Origin: Opitutia bacterium KCR 482
Lineage (GTDB): Bacteria; Verrucomicrobiota; Verrucomicrobiia; Opitutales; Intestinicryptomonadaceae
Direction of reading: 5' to 3'
Length of the DNA: 32,000 bases
Assembly: GCA_029269845.2 (NCBI GenBank)
Contig: CP149973.1
Span: 1,830,001 to 1,862,000 of the forward strand
This document shows positions 1 through 9,009 of the stretch, piece after piece. The notes beneath the pieces were generated by a model. It had not been told where the DNA came from. It did not search any database and saw only the letters and a list, made by a program, of their open reading frames with translations. How positions within the stretch are numbered: position 1 is the first letter of the stretch; each line of letters starts with the position of its first letter. Both the position numbers and the translations under genes were made by a program.

Positions 1-115
1 CGCTTTTGTTTACGATTTTGCGGCGGTTTTTGTTTTTCTTGCCGAATTTTTCTTGACGCTGTGGACGGGGAAGCTTATTGATTCAATTTATTAACTTAAT
101 CGTTTAACCAATATA

Positions 116-2299
116 ATGGGAGTGCAAATGAAATTAGGGCTTATTTTGGGGGCGGTTTCGCTTTTTGCCGCATCGCTTTTCGGCGCGGAAGACTGTGCGA
201 AATTTGTGGACGTTAAAATCGGCACGGCGGGCACGGGGCACACTTACCCCGGGGTTGTCGCGCCGTTCGGCATGGTTCAGCCAAGCCCCGAAACGGGCTA
301 TTCCACATGGCGCTATTGTTCGGGCTACCACAATGACGACAAGCGCATTCTCTCTTTCGGTCAGACCCACCTTTCGGGCACGGGCTGCCCCGACAGCGGC
401 GATGCGGCGTTCATTCCATTCACGGGCAACCCCGTCAAAACGGACTATTCGAGCGCGTTCAAAAAGGAGAACGAAATTGCGGAGGTCGGCAAATATTCCA
501 TTGTTTTGGACGACGCGAAAGCGAAAGTCGAAATCACTGCAAGCGACAGGGTTGCCCTCTACCGCATAAAGTTTTTCGCCGACGGCGGCGGGCTGTTTTT
601 CGACTTCCAGACTGGCATGGTCGGCAGGCTGCCCAACCGCGTTCTCGAAAGCGACGTCAGGCTTGTGGACGACTATACTATCGCGGGCACGCAGAAAGTC
701 CGCTCGTTCACGCGCCGCGACATCAGCTTTGTCGTCAAGTTCGACAAGCCCGTGAAAAAGCTTATAGAAATCGACCGCCCCAAGAACCACAAAGCCCCGC
801 GCTGGGCTTTGGACTTCGGCTTGACGGCTGGCGAAACGCTCTCGGTGAAATGCGCGGTTTCGACGGTCTCGACCGACGGCGCGCTCGCGAACCTGAACAC
901 CCTGCCGAATTGGGACTTCGACGCCGTCGCCGCCAAGACCCGCGCCGACTGGAACGCTCTGCTTTCGAAGTTCGACGTTTCCGCAACGCCCGAACAAAAG
1001 AAAATATTTTATACCGCAGTCTACCACTCGTTCATTTCGCCCAACAACATCGCCGACATCGACGGACGCTACCGCGGCGCGGACGGGAAAGTCGCAACGG
1101 CGTCGAATGCGTCGAAACATTATTACACCAATCTTTCGCTGTGGGACACATACCGCGCGGTGATTCCGCTTGCGGCAATCGTACGCCCGCAGATTCTGCC
1201 CGAATTTGTGAACTCCATGCTCGACCACTTCGACGCGGCGGGCGTGCTTCCCACAAACACCTATTGGGGCAAGGAAACATGGTGCATGATAGGCAACCAC
1301 GCGATTTCGGTAATCGCAGGCTGCATTCAGCGCGGGCAGGGCGGCTTCGACAAACGCCGCGCCCTCAACGCGATGATTGTTTCGTCCGAAAAAGACCACC
1401 GAAAGAGCGACTTCTCGATACTCGACAAATTCGGCTACTATCCGTTCGACTTGTGCAATCCCGAATCGGTTTCAAAGACGCTCGAAAACTGTCAGGGCGA
1501 CTACGCGCTGTCGAAGGCCGCCGAAATTATGGGCGAAACCGCCGTCGCCGAAAAGTTCGCCCGCCGCGCACAAAACTATAAAAACCTCTTCGACAAGAGC
1601 ACGAATTTCATGCGCGGCAAAGACTCGAAAGGCAAATGGCGCGAGCCGTTCAACCCCTTCGAATTTTCGCACGCCGAAAGCTTCGGGGGCGACTATACCG
1701 AAGGCAACGCGTGGCAGTATACTTTCCACGTCCAGCACGACCCATACGGACTCATCGCGCTCTTCGGCTCGCCAGAAAAGTTTGTCGCCGCCGCCGATTC
1801 CATGTTTGCCGCCGCCGACACCCGCAAAGAGGGTACTTATAAAAAGAGCGCGGACATCAGCGGCATGATTGGGCAGTACGTGCACGGCAACGAGCCAAGC
1901 CACCACATTCCGTACCTCTTCGCGCTCGCCGACCGCCCCGACAGAACGGCGGAAATCGTGCGCGAAATCTGCTCTACGCTCTATACCACCGCTCCCGACG
2001 GACTCTGCGGCAACGACGACTGCGGACAAATGAGCGCGTGGTATATCTTCTCGTCAATGGGCTTCTACCCGCTCGACCCCAACTCGATGGAGTACGTTCT
2101 GGGCGCGCCGCAAGTGGAACGCGTAGCCGTTGCGCTTCCCGACGGAAAGAAGTTCGAAGTCGTAGCGCACGGACTTTCCGCGGAAAACAAGTACGTGAAG
2201 TCGGTAAAACTCAACGGCAAGCCCTATAATAAAAAGACCCTCCCGCACGCCGACATACTCGCGGGCGGCAAGCTCGAATTCTACATGGGCGCGAAGTAG
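116..2299 (+). CDS. Secreted GH92-family alpha-mannosidase
   Basis: 727-aa ORF with an N-terminal signal peptide (KLGLILGAVSLFAASLFGA). It carries the motifs HGNEPSHHIPYLF and GNDDCGQMSAWYIFSSMGFYP that I recognise as GH92 signatures. An alternative in-frame ATG lies at 128. Confidence 0.85.
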   Translation: MGVQMKLGLILGAVSLFAASLFGAEDCAKFVDVKIGTAGTGHTYPGVVAPFGMVQPSPETGYSTWRYCSGYHNDDKRILSFGQTHLSGTGCPDSGDAAFIPFTGNPVKTDYSSAFKKENEIAEVGKYSIVLDDAKAKVEITASDRVALYRIKFFADGGGLFFDFQTGMVGRLPNRVLESDVRLVDDYTIAGTQKVRSFTRRDISFVVKFDKPVKKLIEIDRPKNHKAPRWALDFGLTAGETLSVKCAVSTVSTDGALANLNTLPNWDFDAVAAKTRADWNALLSKFDVSATPEQKKIFYTAVYHSFISPNNIADIDGRYRGADGKVATASNASKHYYTNLSLWDTYRAVIPLAAIVRPQILPEFVNSMLDHFDAAGVLPTNTYWGKETWCMIGNHAISVIAGCIQRGQGGFDKRRALNAMIVSSEKDHRKSDFSILDKFGYYPFDLCNPESVSKTLENCQGDYALSKAAEIMGETAVAEKFARRAQNYKNLFDKSTNFMRGKDSKGKWREPFNPFEFSHAESFGGDYTEGNAWQYTFHVQHDPYGLIALFGSPEKFVAAADSMFAAADTRKEGTYKKSADISGMIGQYVHGNEPSHHIPYLFALADRPDRTAEIVREICSTLYTTAPDGLCGNDDCGQMSAWYIFSSMGFYPLDPNSMEYVLGAPQVERVAVALPDGKKFEVVAHGLSAENKYVKSVKLNGKPYNKKTLPHADILAGGKLEFYMGAK

Positions 2300-2334
2300 A
2301 ACGCGCCCCCGCGAAAACTTCGATACATAAAAAA

Positions 2335-2377
2335 AAACAAACGTCGGCGAGGAATTCCCCCTCGCCGACGTTTGTTT
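2335..2377. terminator. Bidirectional intrinsic terminator between convergent GH92 and GH28-like genes
   Basis: Perfect 18-bp stem AAACAAACGTCGGCGAGG / CCTCGCCGACGTTTGTTT (2335-2352 / 2360-2377) with a 7-nt loop. An A-run lies on the left and a U-rich arm on the right. Confidence 0.6.
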
Positions 2378-2537
2378 GTGTGCGCTTAAACCGGAAATGC
2401 TGTCCGCATTCGGCGTATGCGCAATCGCTTTTCGTAAACAGGCAATAATCGCTTTCCGTTGCGCGTCGTTTGCCATGATTTTACGCTCCGCCGTTTGCGT
2501 GTTTTTTTTCTACGCGTTGCGCGCGTTTGGCGGGCGT

Positions 2538-2568
2538 AAAAAAAGCGCGGCACGGAGGGTGTCGCGCT
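2538..2568 (-). terminator. Intrinsic terminator of the GH28-like gene
   Basis: On the minus strand, the AGCGCG/CGCGCT stem (2544-2549 / 2563-2568) is followed by a run of 7 U (complement of the A-run 2538-2544). It sits about 20 nt downstream of the stop at 2588. Confidence 0.55.
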
Positions 2569-2587
2569 TTGTGTGTTTTGATGTTCC

Positions 2588-4108
2588 CTATTTGAAAACT
2601 ACGCCTTCGGCGTTTTTCGTTTTAAGGTTTGCGGACGCCGCGTCTTTTGCGTCTTTGCCGCAGATTTTAAAGTTGCTTATCGAGACGTTCTTTACGGGGC
2701 ATTCCGCTTCCTTGCTGCGGATATACGACGGCGCGTCGCGTCTGCCGAGCACGTTCACGTTCTCGAAGCCGATGTTTTCAATCTGCGATTTTTTGCCGTA
2801 GGCGTCTATGCAAATCATGTTGGGAACGTAGTTGTCGTTGGGGTCGGGGACATACTGTTCGTCCCTGTTTTCCTTTTTCTGCAAAATCTGTCTTGCGCAC
2901 CATGCGTCGCATTCGACGTTGATGTTTTCGAACTTCACGTTCCTCACCGCCGATCCCGATTTATTCGAAATGTGCATTGCCTGTCCCGACGTGCGGATAA
3001 TGTCGACGTTCTTGAACACGATGTCCTCGAACGATTTTCCCTCTATTTCCTTAGCCCATGCCCAGATTGCGAGGGTCAAGCCCCAGTCGTTCCACATTGC
3101 GCAGTTTTCCACGCGGATATTTTTCGCGAGCACGTCGGCGCGGATAATGAAGCTGTCGTCGAACGCGCGGATAAACGAGTCTTTAAACGAGACGTTTTCC
3201 GAATTCCAGACGTCGATGCCGTCGGAGTTGTACCTCCAAAGCCCTATCATTTTAATGTTGGAAATATCGACGTTCGAGCTGTTCCTTACGTTGACGCACC
3301 ACGAGTTCGGGTCGCGCAGAATGATGCCCTCGACCGACACGTTTTTGCATTTTCTGAAATGCAGGCAGCCGAATCCGCCGCGCGCCCACTTGTCGGCGCG
3401 TTCGATTTTCGAGCCGTCGAGAATGCCGCGTCCGGTTATCTTGATGTTTTCGGCGTCGTCGGCGACGAAGCTGCCGTAGACGACCGCGCCCGCTTCGATG
3501 TGCACTCTGTCGTTGCTTTTGAGAAGCAGCGTGCCGATGTCGTGCCGACCCGCTTTGAAGTAGTAGTAGTTGGGGTCGCGGTTTCGGGGGATTTCGTTGC
3601 GGTAGGTTGAGCAGTAGCTGCACTGCGGGGCGCAAAGCTCCGTCTTTTTCAGCGCGGAGTAGTCCTGCATGGGGCTGGGGAAGAGGTGGATTGCGTTGTG
3701 GTAGCCGTTGATTTCCACGACCGCGGGCTTAACCTTGTCCATCTTGAACGTGATTTTGTTCTTGCTGAACTTCGGCTTGATGCCCAGCGACAGCGGGCGC
3801 ACGACCACGCTTCGGCAGTCGATGTTTTTTGTCGTGATTTCGACGGTCGCGCCGTCCTTGTCCATGTCCCAGTATGCGAAGCCCGCCTTTTCGGTCTGTT
3901 CAATCGGGCGCTGGTATCCCGGCCAGACTTGGTTTATGGGATATTTCGAGACGTTGCATTCGTAGACGTCGACGTTTTTGCCGTCGATTTTGAGAGCGCA
4001 GTTTTCGAATTTGTTTTCCCCCTGCGGCGCGGGATAGAGTTTCACGCCCGCGACGGCGGTCAGCTGTATTGCCGTGAGAAGCACGGCGGCATATAGTAGT
4101 TTGGACAT
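2588..4108 (-). CDS. Secreted right-handed beta-helix glycoside hydrolase, GH28-like
   Basis: 506-aa ORF with a signal peptide (MSKLLYAAVLLTAIQLTAVAG). The segment NSDGIDVWNSENVSFKDSFIRAFDDSFII resembles the GH28 NTDGID and GDDCIAI catalytic Asp motifs. Repetitive V/I-x-N beta-helix rungs are present. Confidence 0.65.
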   Translation of the reverse strand: MSKLLYAAVLLTAIQLTAVAGVKLYPAPQGENKFENCALKIDGKNVDVYECNVSKYPINQVWPGYQRPIEQTEKAGFAYWDMDKDGATVEITTKNIDCRSVVVRPLSLGIKPKFSKNKITFKMDKVKPAVVEINGYHNAIHLFPSPMQDYSALKKTELCAPQCSYCSTYRNEIPRNRDPNYYYFKAGRHDIGTLLLKSNDRVHIEAGAVVYGSFVADDAENIKITGRGILDGSKIERADKWARGGFGCLHFRKCKNVSVEGIILRDPNSWCVNVRNSSNVDISNIKMIGLWRYNSDGIDVWNSENVSFKDSFIRAFDDSFIIRADVLAKNIRVENCAMWNDWGLTLAIWAWAKEIEGKSFEDIVFKNVDIIRTSGQAMHISNKSGSAVRNVKFENINVECDAWCARQILQKKENRDEQYVPDPNDNYVPNMICIDAYGKKSQIENIGFENVNVLGRRDAPSYIRSKEAECPVKNVSISNFKICGKDAKDAASANLKTKNAEGVVFK

Positions 4109-4262
4109 TTTTTTTGTGCGTTATGATTGTGGATATTGTTGCGGCGCGAAACGCCGCTTTCGTAAAGCTACTTTCTTTTAAAATTTTAGAATATTGTCAA
4201 TATTTTTGGATTTTCGGGAGGAATATGTTTTCCGCCCCGCATTCGGCGGCGTGGATAGGCTG

Positions 4263-4271
4263 TGATATAAT
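4263..4271 (+). promoter_or_regulatory. Candidate extended -10 promoter element (TGaTATAAT) for the clan GH-A hydrolase gene
   Basis: TG at 4263-4264 and TATAAT at 4266-4271, about 63 nt upstream of the ATG at 4335. There is no good -35 element. Confidence 0.35.
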
Positions 4272-4334
4272 TTTTCCGTAAAGGGTATATTTTTTCCTGT
4301 TGTGGGAGGGCGCGGTTTTTGCTATTATCGCGTT

Positions 4335-5867
4335 ATGATGAAGAGAATATTTATGTCGGCGTTTGCCGCGGCCGCCGCCATGTCGGCGTTCGCCGCATAC
4401 GAGAAAGTGGAGGAAATCGAACCGTCCCTGCCCCTGCCCAACAAGCAGTGGGAGGAAATCGGAAGAATAAAGCACAAGTCGGCGGCGGAGATAGCCGACT
4501 CGCGCCTGTCCGTCGGCTTCGAATGTCTCGACCGCGACATGTTCGAGCCAGAAAAAGTCTACGACAAGCTTGCGGCAATCGGCATAAAGTGGGCGCGCTG
4601 CCAGACGGGTTGGAGCAAGACCGAAAAGCAAAAAGGCGTCTACGACTTCGCGTGGCTCGACTCCGTTGTGGACAACCTCATAAAGCGCGGTATCAAGCCG
4701 TGGTTCAACGTCGGCTTCGGCAATCCGATTTATATGGGCGAAATGAAAAATCCCACGGGGGTCGGCTACGTTCCGCTCTATTTCGGCGACGAGTGCTTGC
4801 AGGCGTGGAAAAACTATATCGACGCGCTTTCAAAGCATTTCAAGGGGCGCGTGCAGTATTTCGAAATCTGGAACGAGCCGGATATAAACCACTTCTGGCA
4901 GCCGAAGAAAGCCGACGCGGGCGGGTATGCAAAGCTTGTGGAAACTACGGGCTCGATAATAAGAAAAAATATTCCTGATGCTAAAATCGGCGCGGTTGTT
5001 TCGGGCACGTTCGTAGAATATGCTTCCGAATATTTCAGGATAGGGGGAGGGAAATACATCGACTTTTTTTCAATACACCCGTATTGCATAATTCCCGAGG
5101 AACGCCACAATATCGATACGCGGGCGCTGTTGAGGCTCTTCAAACAGCACAATCCCGACCGCAAAATTTCGCTGTGGCAGGGCGAGTCGGGCTTCGGGTC
5201 GTCGTATCCCGAGGGGCACTACATGCGTCCCGCGACAGCGGGCGGCGAGTACATGCAGGCGAAGTGGACGCTCCGCCGCTTCACGCTCGACCTCTCGTCG
5301 GGCTATGGTTTAAGCTCCATTTACCAGTGCGTCGATTTGAAGGCGGGCTATCAGATGGCGACGGGAGGCAAGCCTCTTTTTGCAAAATACGGACTCTTCG
5401 AAAATATTACGTACCGCCCGAAAAAATCGGTCGAAATACTGAAAAACTACACGCCGATTTTCGACTGCGACACAAAGCCGTACGCGCTCTCCGCGTATAT
5501 TTACACCCGAAAAGCGGTGCCTGAGGGCGCGGGGGTTTCGCGCCTTGTCGATTCGGCGAAGCGCATGGAGACGTTCGAGCGCAAGGGGTATCCGCTCTAT
5601 GCGTTTTGGCTTGCCGAGGACATGCAGCTCCAGATGAAGCCGATTCCGCGCGCGTCGCTGCACTATGTGGCGGAATTGCCTCTGAAAAATCCCGTCTTGA
5701 TAGATCCCGTTTCGGGGCGCGTGTTCGCCTACGCCTCGCCCAGCGCAAGAAAATACGGCGACCCTGTCAGGAACTATGTGTTGACCGGCGTGCCGCTTGC
5801 AGACTATCCGCTGGTGATAACAGACTACGCGGCGGTGGAGGATTTGGTTGTGCCGAAATCCGAGTAG
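4335..5867 (+). CDS. Secreted clan GH-A (beta/alpha)8 glycoside hydrolase, GH5/GH30/GH39-like
   Basis: The track ORF starts at GTG 4302. ATG 4335 gives a typical signal peptide (MMKRIFMSAFAAAAAMSAFAA). FEIWNEPD is an acid/base NEP motif and LWQGESGF is a candidate nucleophile Glu; both are typical of clan GH-A. I cannot resolve the exact family by eye. Confidence 0.7.
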   Translation: MMKRIFMSAFAAAAAMSAFAAYEKVEEIEPSLPLPNKQWEEIGRIKHKSAAEIADSRLSVGFECLDRDMFEPEKVYDKLAAIGIKWARCQTGWSKTEKQKGVYDFAWLDSVVDNLIKRGIKPWFNVGFGNPIYMGEMKNPTGVGYVPLYFGDECLQAWKNYIDALSKHFKGRVQYFEIWNEPDINHFWQPKKADAGGYAKLVETTGSIIRKNIPDAKIGAVVSGTFVEYASEYFRIGGGKYIDFFSIHPYCIIPEERHNIDTRALLRLFKQHNPDRKISLWQGESGFGSSYPEGHYMRPATAGGEYMQAKWTLRRFTLDLSSGYGLSSIYQCVDLKAGYQMATGGKPLFAKYGLFENITYRPKKSVEILKNYTPIFDCDTKPYALSAYIYTRKAVPEGAGVSRLVDSAKRMETFERKGYPLYAFWLAEDMQLQMKPIPRASLHYVAELPLKNPVLIDPVSGRVFAYASPSARKYGDPVRNYVLTGVPLADYPLVITDYAAVEDLVVPKSE

Positions 5868-5938
5868 CAAAATCATATCGATACGGAAAAATTATAACAT
5901 TTGACTTCCCCGCGCGGGAAGTCTTATTTTTTGCGCCG

Positions 5939-6844
5939 ATGAAACCGAACCGCGAACCCGCTTGGAAAATCGCCAACGAAAACAGACTGCAAATATTTCC
6001 GAAGGGCAGCCGCCAGACCTACCTGACGCGCCCGACGAAAATCCTCCCGCGCGAGGCTTTGGAGTCGGCGGGTGTGTTCGTGCCGCCGCGCCGCTGCGCC
6101 GACGTGCTTTCGAAGTTCGGAATCGCAGCCGCCGCCCGCGCTTCGTACAGCAAGTACTACTACATTTCGCGCGGCGCAAAGACCGCCTTCAACACGGTCT
6201 GCTTTTTCCTTTCGGCGTCCGATTACAGGGCGAAGTTCGACGGCGCGGCCTTCCGCGTGTCGGCGGGCGACGTTCTACTCATACCGGCAAAAACTCCGTG
6301 CGACACTTCGGCATCGCGCGCCGAGACGCTTTGGTTCGAAATGCCCGACACTCCGTTTTGGCGCGGGGTTTTCGGCAGTTCGCCCGTGTGCAAAAAGGCG
6401 GCAAATTTGGAGCGCATGCTGCTGCTTGCCGACATGTATTCGGAGGAGCTGTACGGGGAGCGTCCGAACGTCTCGCGGCTGGTTTTGCTGGGCGGGCTGA
6501 TTGCGGGGCTTTTGCGCTCGGAGTTCGGAGGCGCGGGGAGCGGCGGCGCGATGGCGCGGCTTGTCGAAAAAATAGATTCCGACATTTCGGCTAACTGGAC
6601 TCTCGAAAAGGCGTGCGCGTTTGCGCGCATGGGCAAGTTCAAGCTCAACAGTGCATTCGTGGAAAGGTTCGGCGGCACGTTTTCAAAATACCTGCTTTCC
6701 CAGCGAATGGAGAGGGCGGCGGCGTTGCTCGAAAGCCGCGCGACGCTCGGCGAAATCGCCCGCGAAGTCGGATTTTCCTGCGGGCACGCGCTCTCCTATG
6801 CCTTCAAAAAATACTACGGATTCCCGCCGAGCGAGTGCGTTTAA
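5939..6844 (+). CDS. AraC-family transcriptional regulator
   Basis: The C-terminal region (TLEKACAFARMGKFKLNSAFVERFG...LGEIAREVGFSCGHALSYAFKKYYGFPPSECV) is the double-HTH AraC signature. The track ORF (5606) overlaps the upstream hydrolase. The in-frame ATG at 5939 (MKPNREPAWK) lies 72 nt past that gene's stop. Confidence 0.8.
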   Translation: MKPNREPAWKIANENRLQIFPKGSRQTYLTRPTKILPREALESAGVFVPPRRCADVLSKFGIAAAARASYSKYYYISRGAKTAFNTVCFFLSASDYRAKFDGAAFRVSAGDVLLIPAKTPCDTSASRAETLWFEMPDTPFWRGVFGSSPVCKKAANLERMLLLADMYSEELYGERPNVSRLVLLGGLIAGLLRSEFGGAGSGGAMARLVEKIDSDISANWTLEKACAFARMGKFKLNSAFVERFGGTFSKYLLSQRMERAAALLESRATLGEIAREVGFSCGHALSYAFKKYYGFPPSECV

Positions 6845-6996
6845 CGCTTGCCCGCATTCCGAAAACGCGACTGCCGCCGCGTTTAGGCTGTCGGGCTGTC
6901 CAGTTCAAAGCGGAGGCAAAAGCGCGGGAAGGCGGGACGCGTTGCGCGGTTTTTGAAAAGCGCAAGGTCTGTTTCATTGCTTGGCGCTTTAATGCC

Positions 6997-7037
6997 TTGA
7001 CAATGGCGGTTAAAAAAAATATCAACATTTTTGATAT
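6997..7037 (+). promoter_or_regulatory. Candidate sigma70-like promoter with an overlapping inverted repeat upstream of the fucosidase gene
   Basis: TTGACA (6997-7002), a 17-nt spacer, then TATCAA (7020-7025). The inverted repeat ATATCAA-N5-TTGATAT (7019-7025 / 7031-7037) overlaps the -10 element. The site is about 30 nt upstream of the ATG at 7067. Confidence 0.4.
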
Positions 7038-7066
7038 ATATTCCATATTGTAAACTTGCTTAATGT

Positions 7067-8806
7067 ATGAGAAAAACGGCATCTAAAATTTTCGCAGCCG
7101 CCGCATGCGTCTGCGCTTTTCAAACGCTCGCCGCCGCGACGGCTTCCGACGCGGCGTCCTCAATGAAATCCCCAGGCGAGACGGCGACGCGCTCGTCCGC
7201 GAAAGTCTCTGCGGAACTGCCCGACCACCCGCTTGCGCCCGCCGAGTTCCGCCGTCCAGACGGCTATCAGCCGCGCCTTTACGAACTCAATCTGCGCCAG
7301 ATTTCCGAGAAGTACGGGGCGAAGACAATCGAGCGCGGCCGCGCGGAATACGCCAGAGTTTCGGCGGTCAACGAAAGCGGAAAATGGAAGGCGGACGGAA
7401 AGTCGATAGACGCGCACAAGTGCCCCGAATGGTTTGTGGACGCAAAGCTCGGCATTTTCATCGACTGGGGTTTGTGGTCGATTGCATCGTGGGCGCCCAA
7501 GCGCGAAAACGGCGCGATGTATCCCGACTGGTACGAACTGCGCATGTACTCCGATTTCACCCCCGATTCGCACTTCTACGGATACAGAAGCTACCACGTC
7601 AAAAACTGGGGCGCGGACTTCGAGCGCGACCATTTCATTCCGCTTTTCAAAGCCGAGAAATTCGACGCGAAAGAGCTTATGGAAGTCTTCGCAAAAGCGG
7701 GCGCAAAGTACATTGTGCCGTTCAACAAGCACCATTCGGGCTTCTGCCTTTGGGACTGCTCGTACACGCTGCGCGACACCGTCGACATGGGCCCGCGCCG
7801 CGACATCGTGCGCGAAATCGTCGACGCCTGCGCCGCGCAAAATCTCAAATTCGGCTTCTACATGAGCCTTACCGAATGGGACTACCCCGTAGTCGGCAAA
7901 GACGGCAAAATGCGCAACTTTTCCTGGGGCAAGACCCTCGACTACTCGCCTGACATGGAGTACAAGGCTTCGGGGAAAATCGCGGTTGAAGACTATGTGA
8001 AGGAATACCTCGTGCCGCAGTCGGTGGAATTCATCGACAAGTATTCGCCCGACATTCTTTGGTTCGACGGCGAGTGGCAGGTGCCCGCAACCGAACTCGG
8101 CGGCTACGACATCGCCGCGTATTTCTACAACGTCAACGAGGGCAAAAAGCAGGTCGCCGTCAACGACAGATACGGCGAGGGCACTCCGCGGGAAGTCGCG
8201 CACAAGGGCGGCAAAAGGCTCAAAAAACTTCTCCGCGCAATCCGCGGCGACTTCTATACCGACGAATTCGGCGACACCGCCGACTGCATCGACCCCGCAA
8301 AATACCACCCGTGGGAGGCGTGCAGGGGCATAAGCCAGTCGTACGGCAACAACTGGCAGGACAACGAATCTAACGTCCTGACTTCCTCCGAATTCATTTC
8401 GATGTTCGCCGACACCGTGGCGCGCGGCGGCAATCTGCTGCTGCTCGTAAACCTCGACGGGCAGGGCGCGATTCCCGAAATCCAGAAAAAACGCCTGCTC
8501 GACATAGGCAAGTGGCTCTCGAAATACGGTCGGGCGATTTATTCTACGCGAATCATAGAGCCGTTTGCGACCGAGGAAATCGCCTACACTCGCTCGAAAG
8601 ACGGTAGGACGGCGTACGCAATCGTCAAAAAGCCGAAGTCCGAAATGAAGCTTGCAATCGCGCCCAAAAAAGGCTCGGAAATCGTCGAAATCGCCACGGG
8701 CGAAAAAATCGGCTGGACGGAATCGGACGGCGGAGCGGTAATAAAACTGCCCGAAAATCTGGCGGAATCGGAACTGCCGTTTGCGCTTGAAATCGCGCTA
8801 AAATAG
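7067..8806 (+). CDS. Secreted GH29 alpha-L-fucosidase
   Basis: 579-aa ORF with a signal peptide (FAAAACVCAFQTLAAA). The motifs AKYIVPFNKHHSGFCLWD and PDILWFDGEW are typical of GH29. Confidence 0.85.
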   Translation: MRKTASKIFAAAACVCAFQTLAAATASDAASSMKSPGETATRSSAKVSAELPDHPLAPAEFRRPDGYQPRLYELNLRQISEKYGAKTIERGRAEYARVSAVNESGKWKADGKSIDAHKCPEWFVDAKLGIFIDWGLWSIASWAPKRENGAMYPDWYELRMYSDFTPDSHFYGYRSYHVKNWGADFERDHFIPLFKAEKFDAKELMEVFAKAGAKYIVPFNKHHSGFCLWDCSYTLRDTVDMGPRRDIVREIVDACAAQNLKFGFYMSLTEWDYPVVGKDGKMRNFSWGKTLDYSPDMEYKASGKIAVEDYVKEYLVPQSVEFIDKYSPDILWFDGEWQVPATELGGYDIAAYFYNVNEGKKQVAVNDRYGEGTPREVAHKGGKRLKKLLRAIRGDFYTDEFGDTADCIDPAKYHPWEACRGISQSYGNNWQDNESNVLTSSEFISMFADTVARGGNLLLLVNLDGQGAIPEIQKKRLLDIGKWLSKYGRAIYSTRIIEPFATEEIAYTRSKDGRTAYAIVKKPKSEMKLAIAPKKGSEIVEIATGEKIGWTESDGGAVIKLPENLAESELPFALEIALK

Positions 8807-8963
8807 TCGGCGTCAATCCGCGGTTCGACGGCGGAAATGTCCCAACTCTAACCGCGTAGCGGGGGCTGGCGCGTCCGCCACAATTTGCTTGCTTAAATTC
8901 CGCGCCGACGGCGCATGTCCGCCGCGTTTTGAGGCGCGGATTGCAGCCGCCGCGTTCGGGCAC

Positions 8964-8996
8964 AAAAAAACCGCAGCCGTTAAGCTGCGGTTTTTT
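8964..8996. terminator. Bidirectional intrinsic terminator between convergent fucosidase and aspS
   Basis: A7 run, then stem CCGCAGC (8971-8977), loop cgttaa, stem GCTGCGG (8984-8990), then T6. Confidence 0.75.
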
Positions 8997-9009
8997 GCGG
9001 AATGCCCGT

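Noticed and set aside
134-1399. Long antisense or out-of-frame ORFs throughout the track. Examples: 134-1399(-), 7160-8308(-), 8929-10695(+), 8813-9709(-), 13216-14157(-), 13862-14884(-), 17517-18845(-), 22773-23804(-), 24776-26089(-), 26391-27266(-) and 28452-29705(-).
   Set aside because: Each fully overlaps a gene with clear family motifs on the other strand or in another frame. Their translations are Arg/Ala/Gly/Pro-rich and low in complexity, with no recognisable domains. This is the expected stop-codon-poor artefact of GC-rich DNA.
5606-5938. N-terminal extensions of track ORFs. These are 5606-5938 before the AraC gene, 24503-24685 before waaA, 26666-27247 before the lipoprotein, 22890-22949 before the dehydratase, 10798-10845 before aspS and 4302-4334 before the GH-A gene.
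   Set aside because: The extensions overlap upstream genes or lie in intergenic DNA and are Arg-rich. Internal ATGs give canonical N-termini (signal peptides, a membrane anchor, the AspRS OB-fold start).
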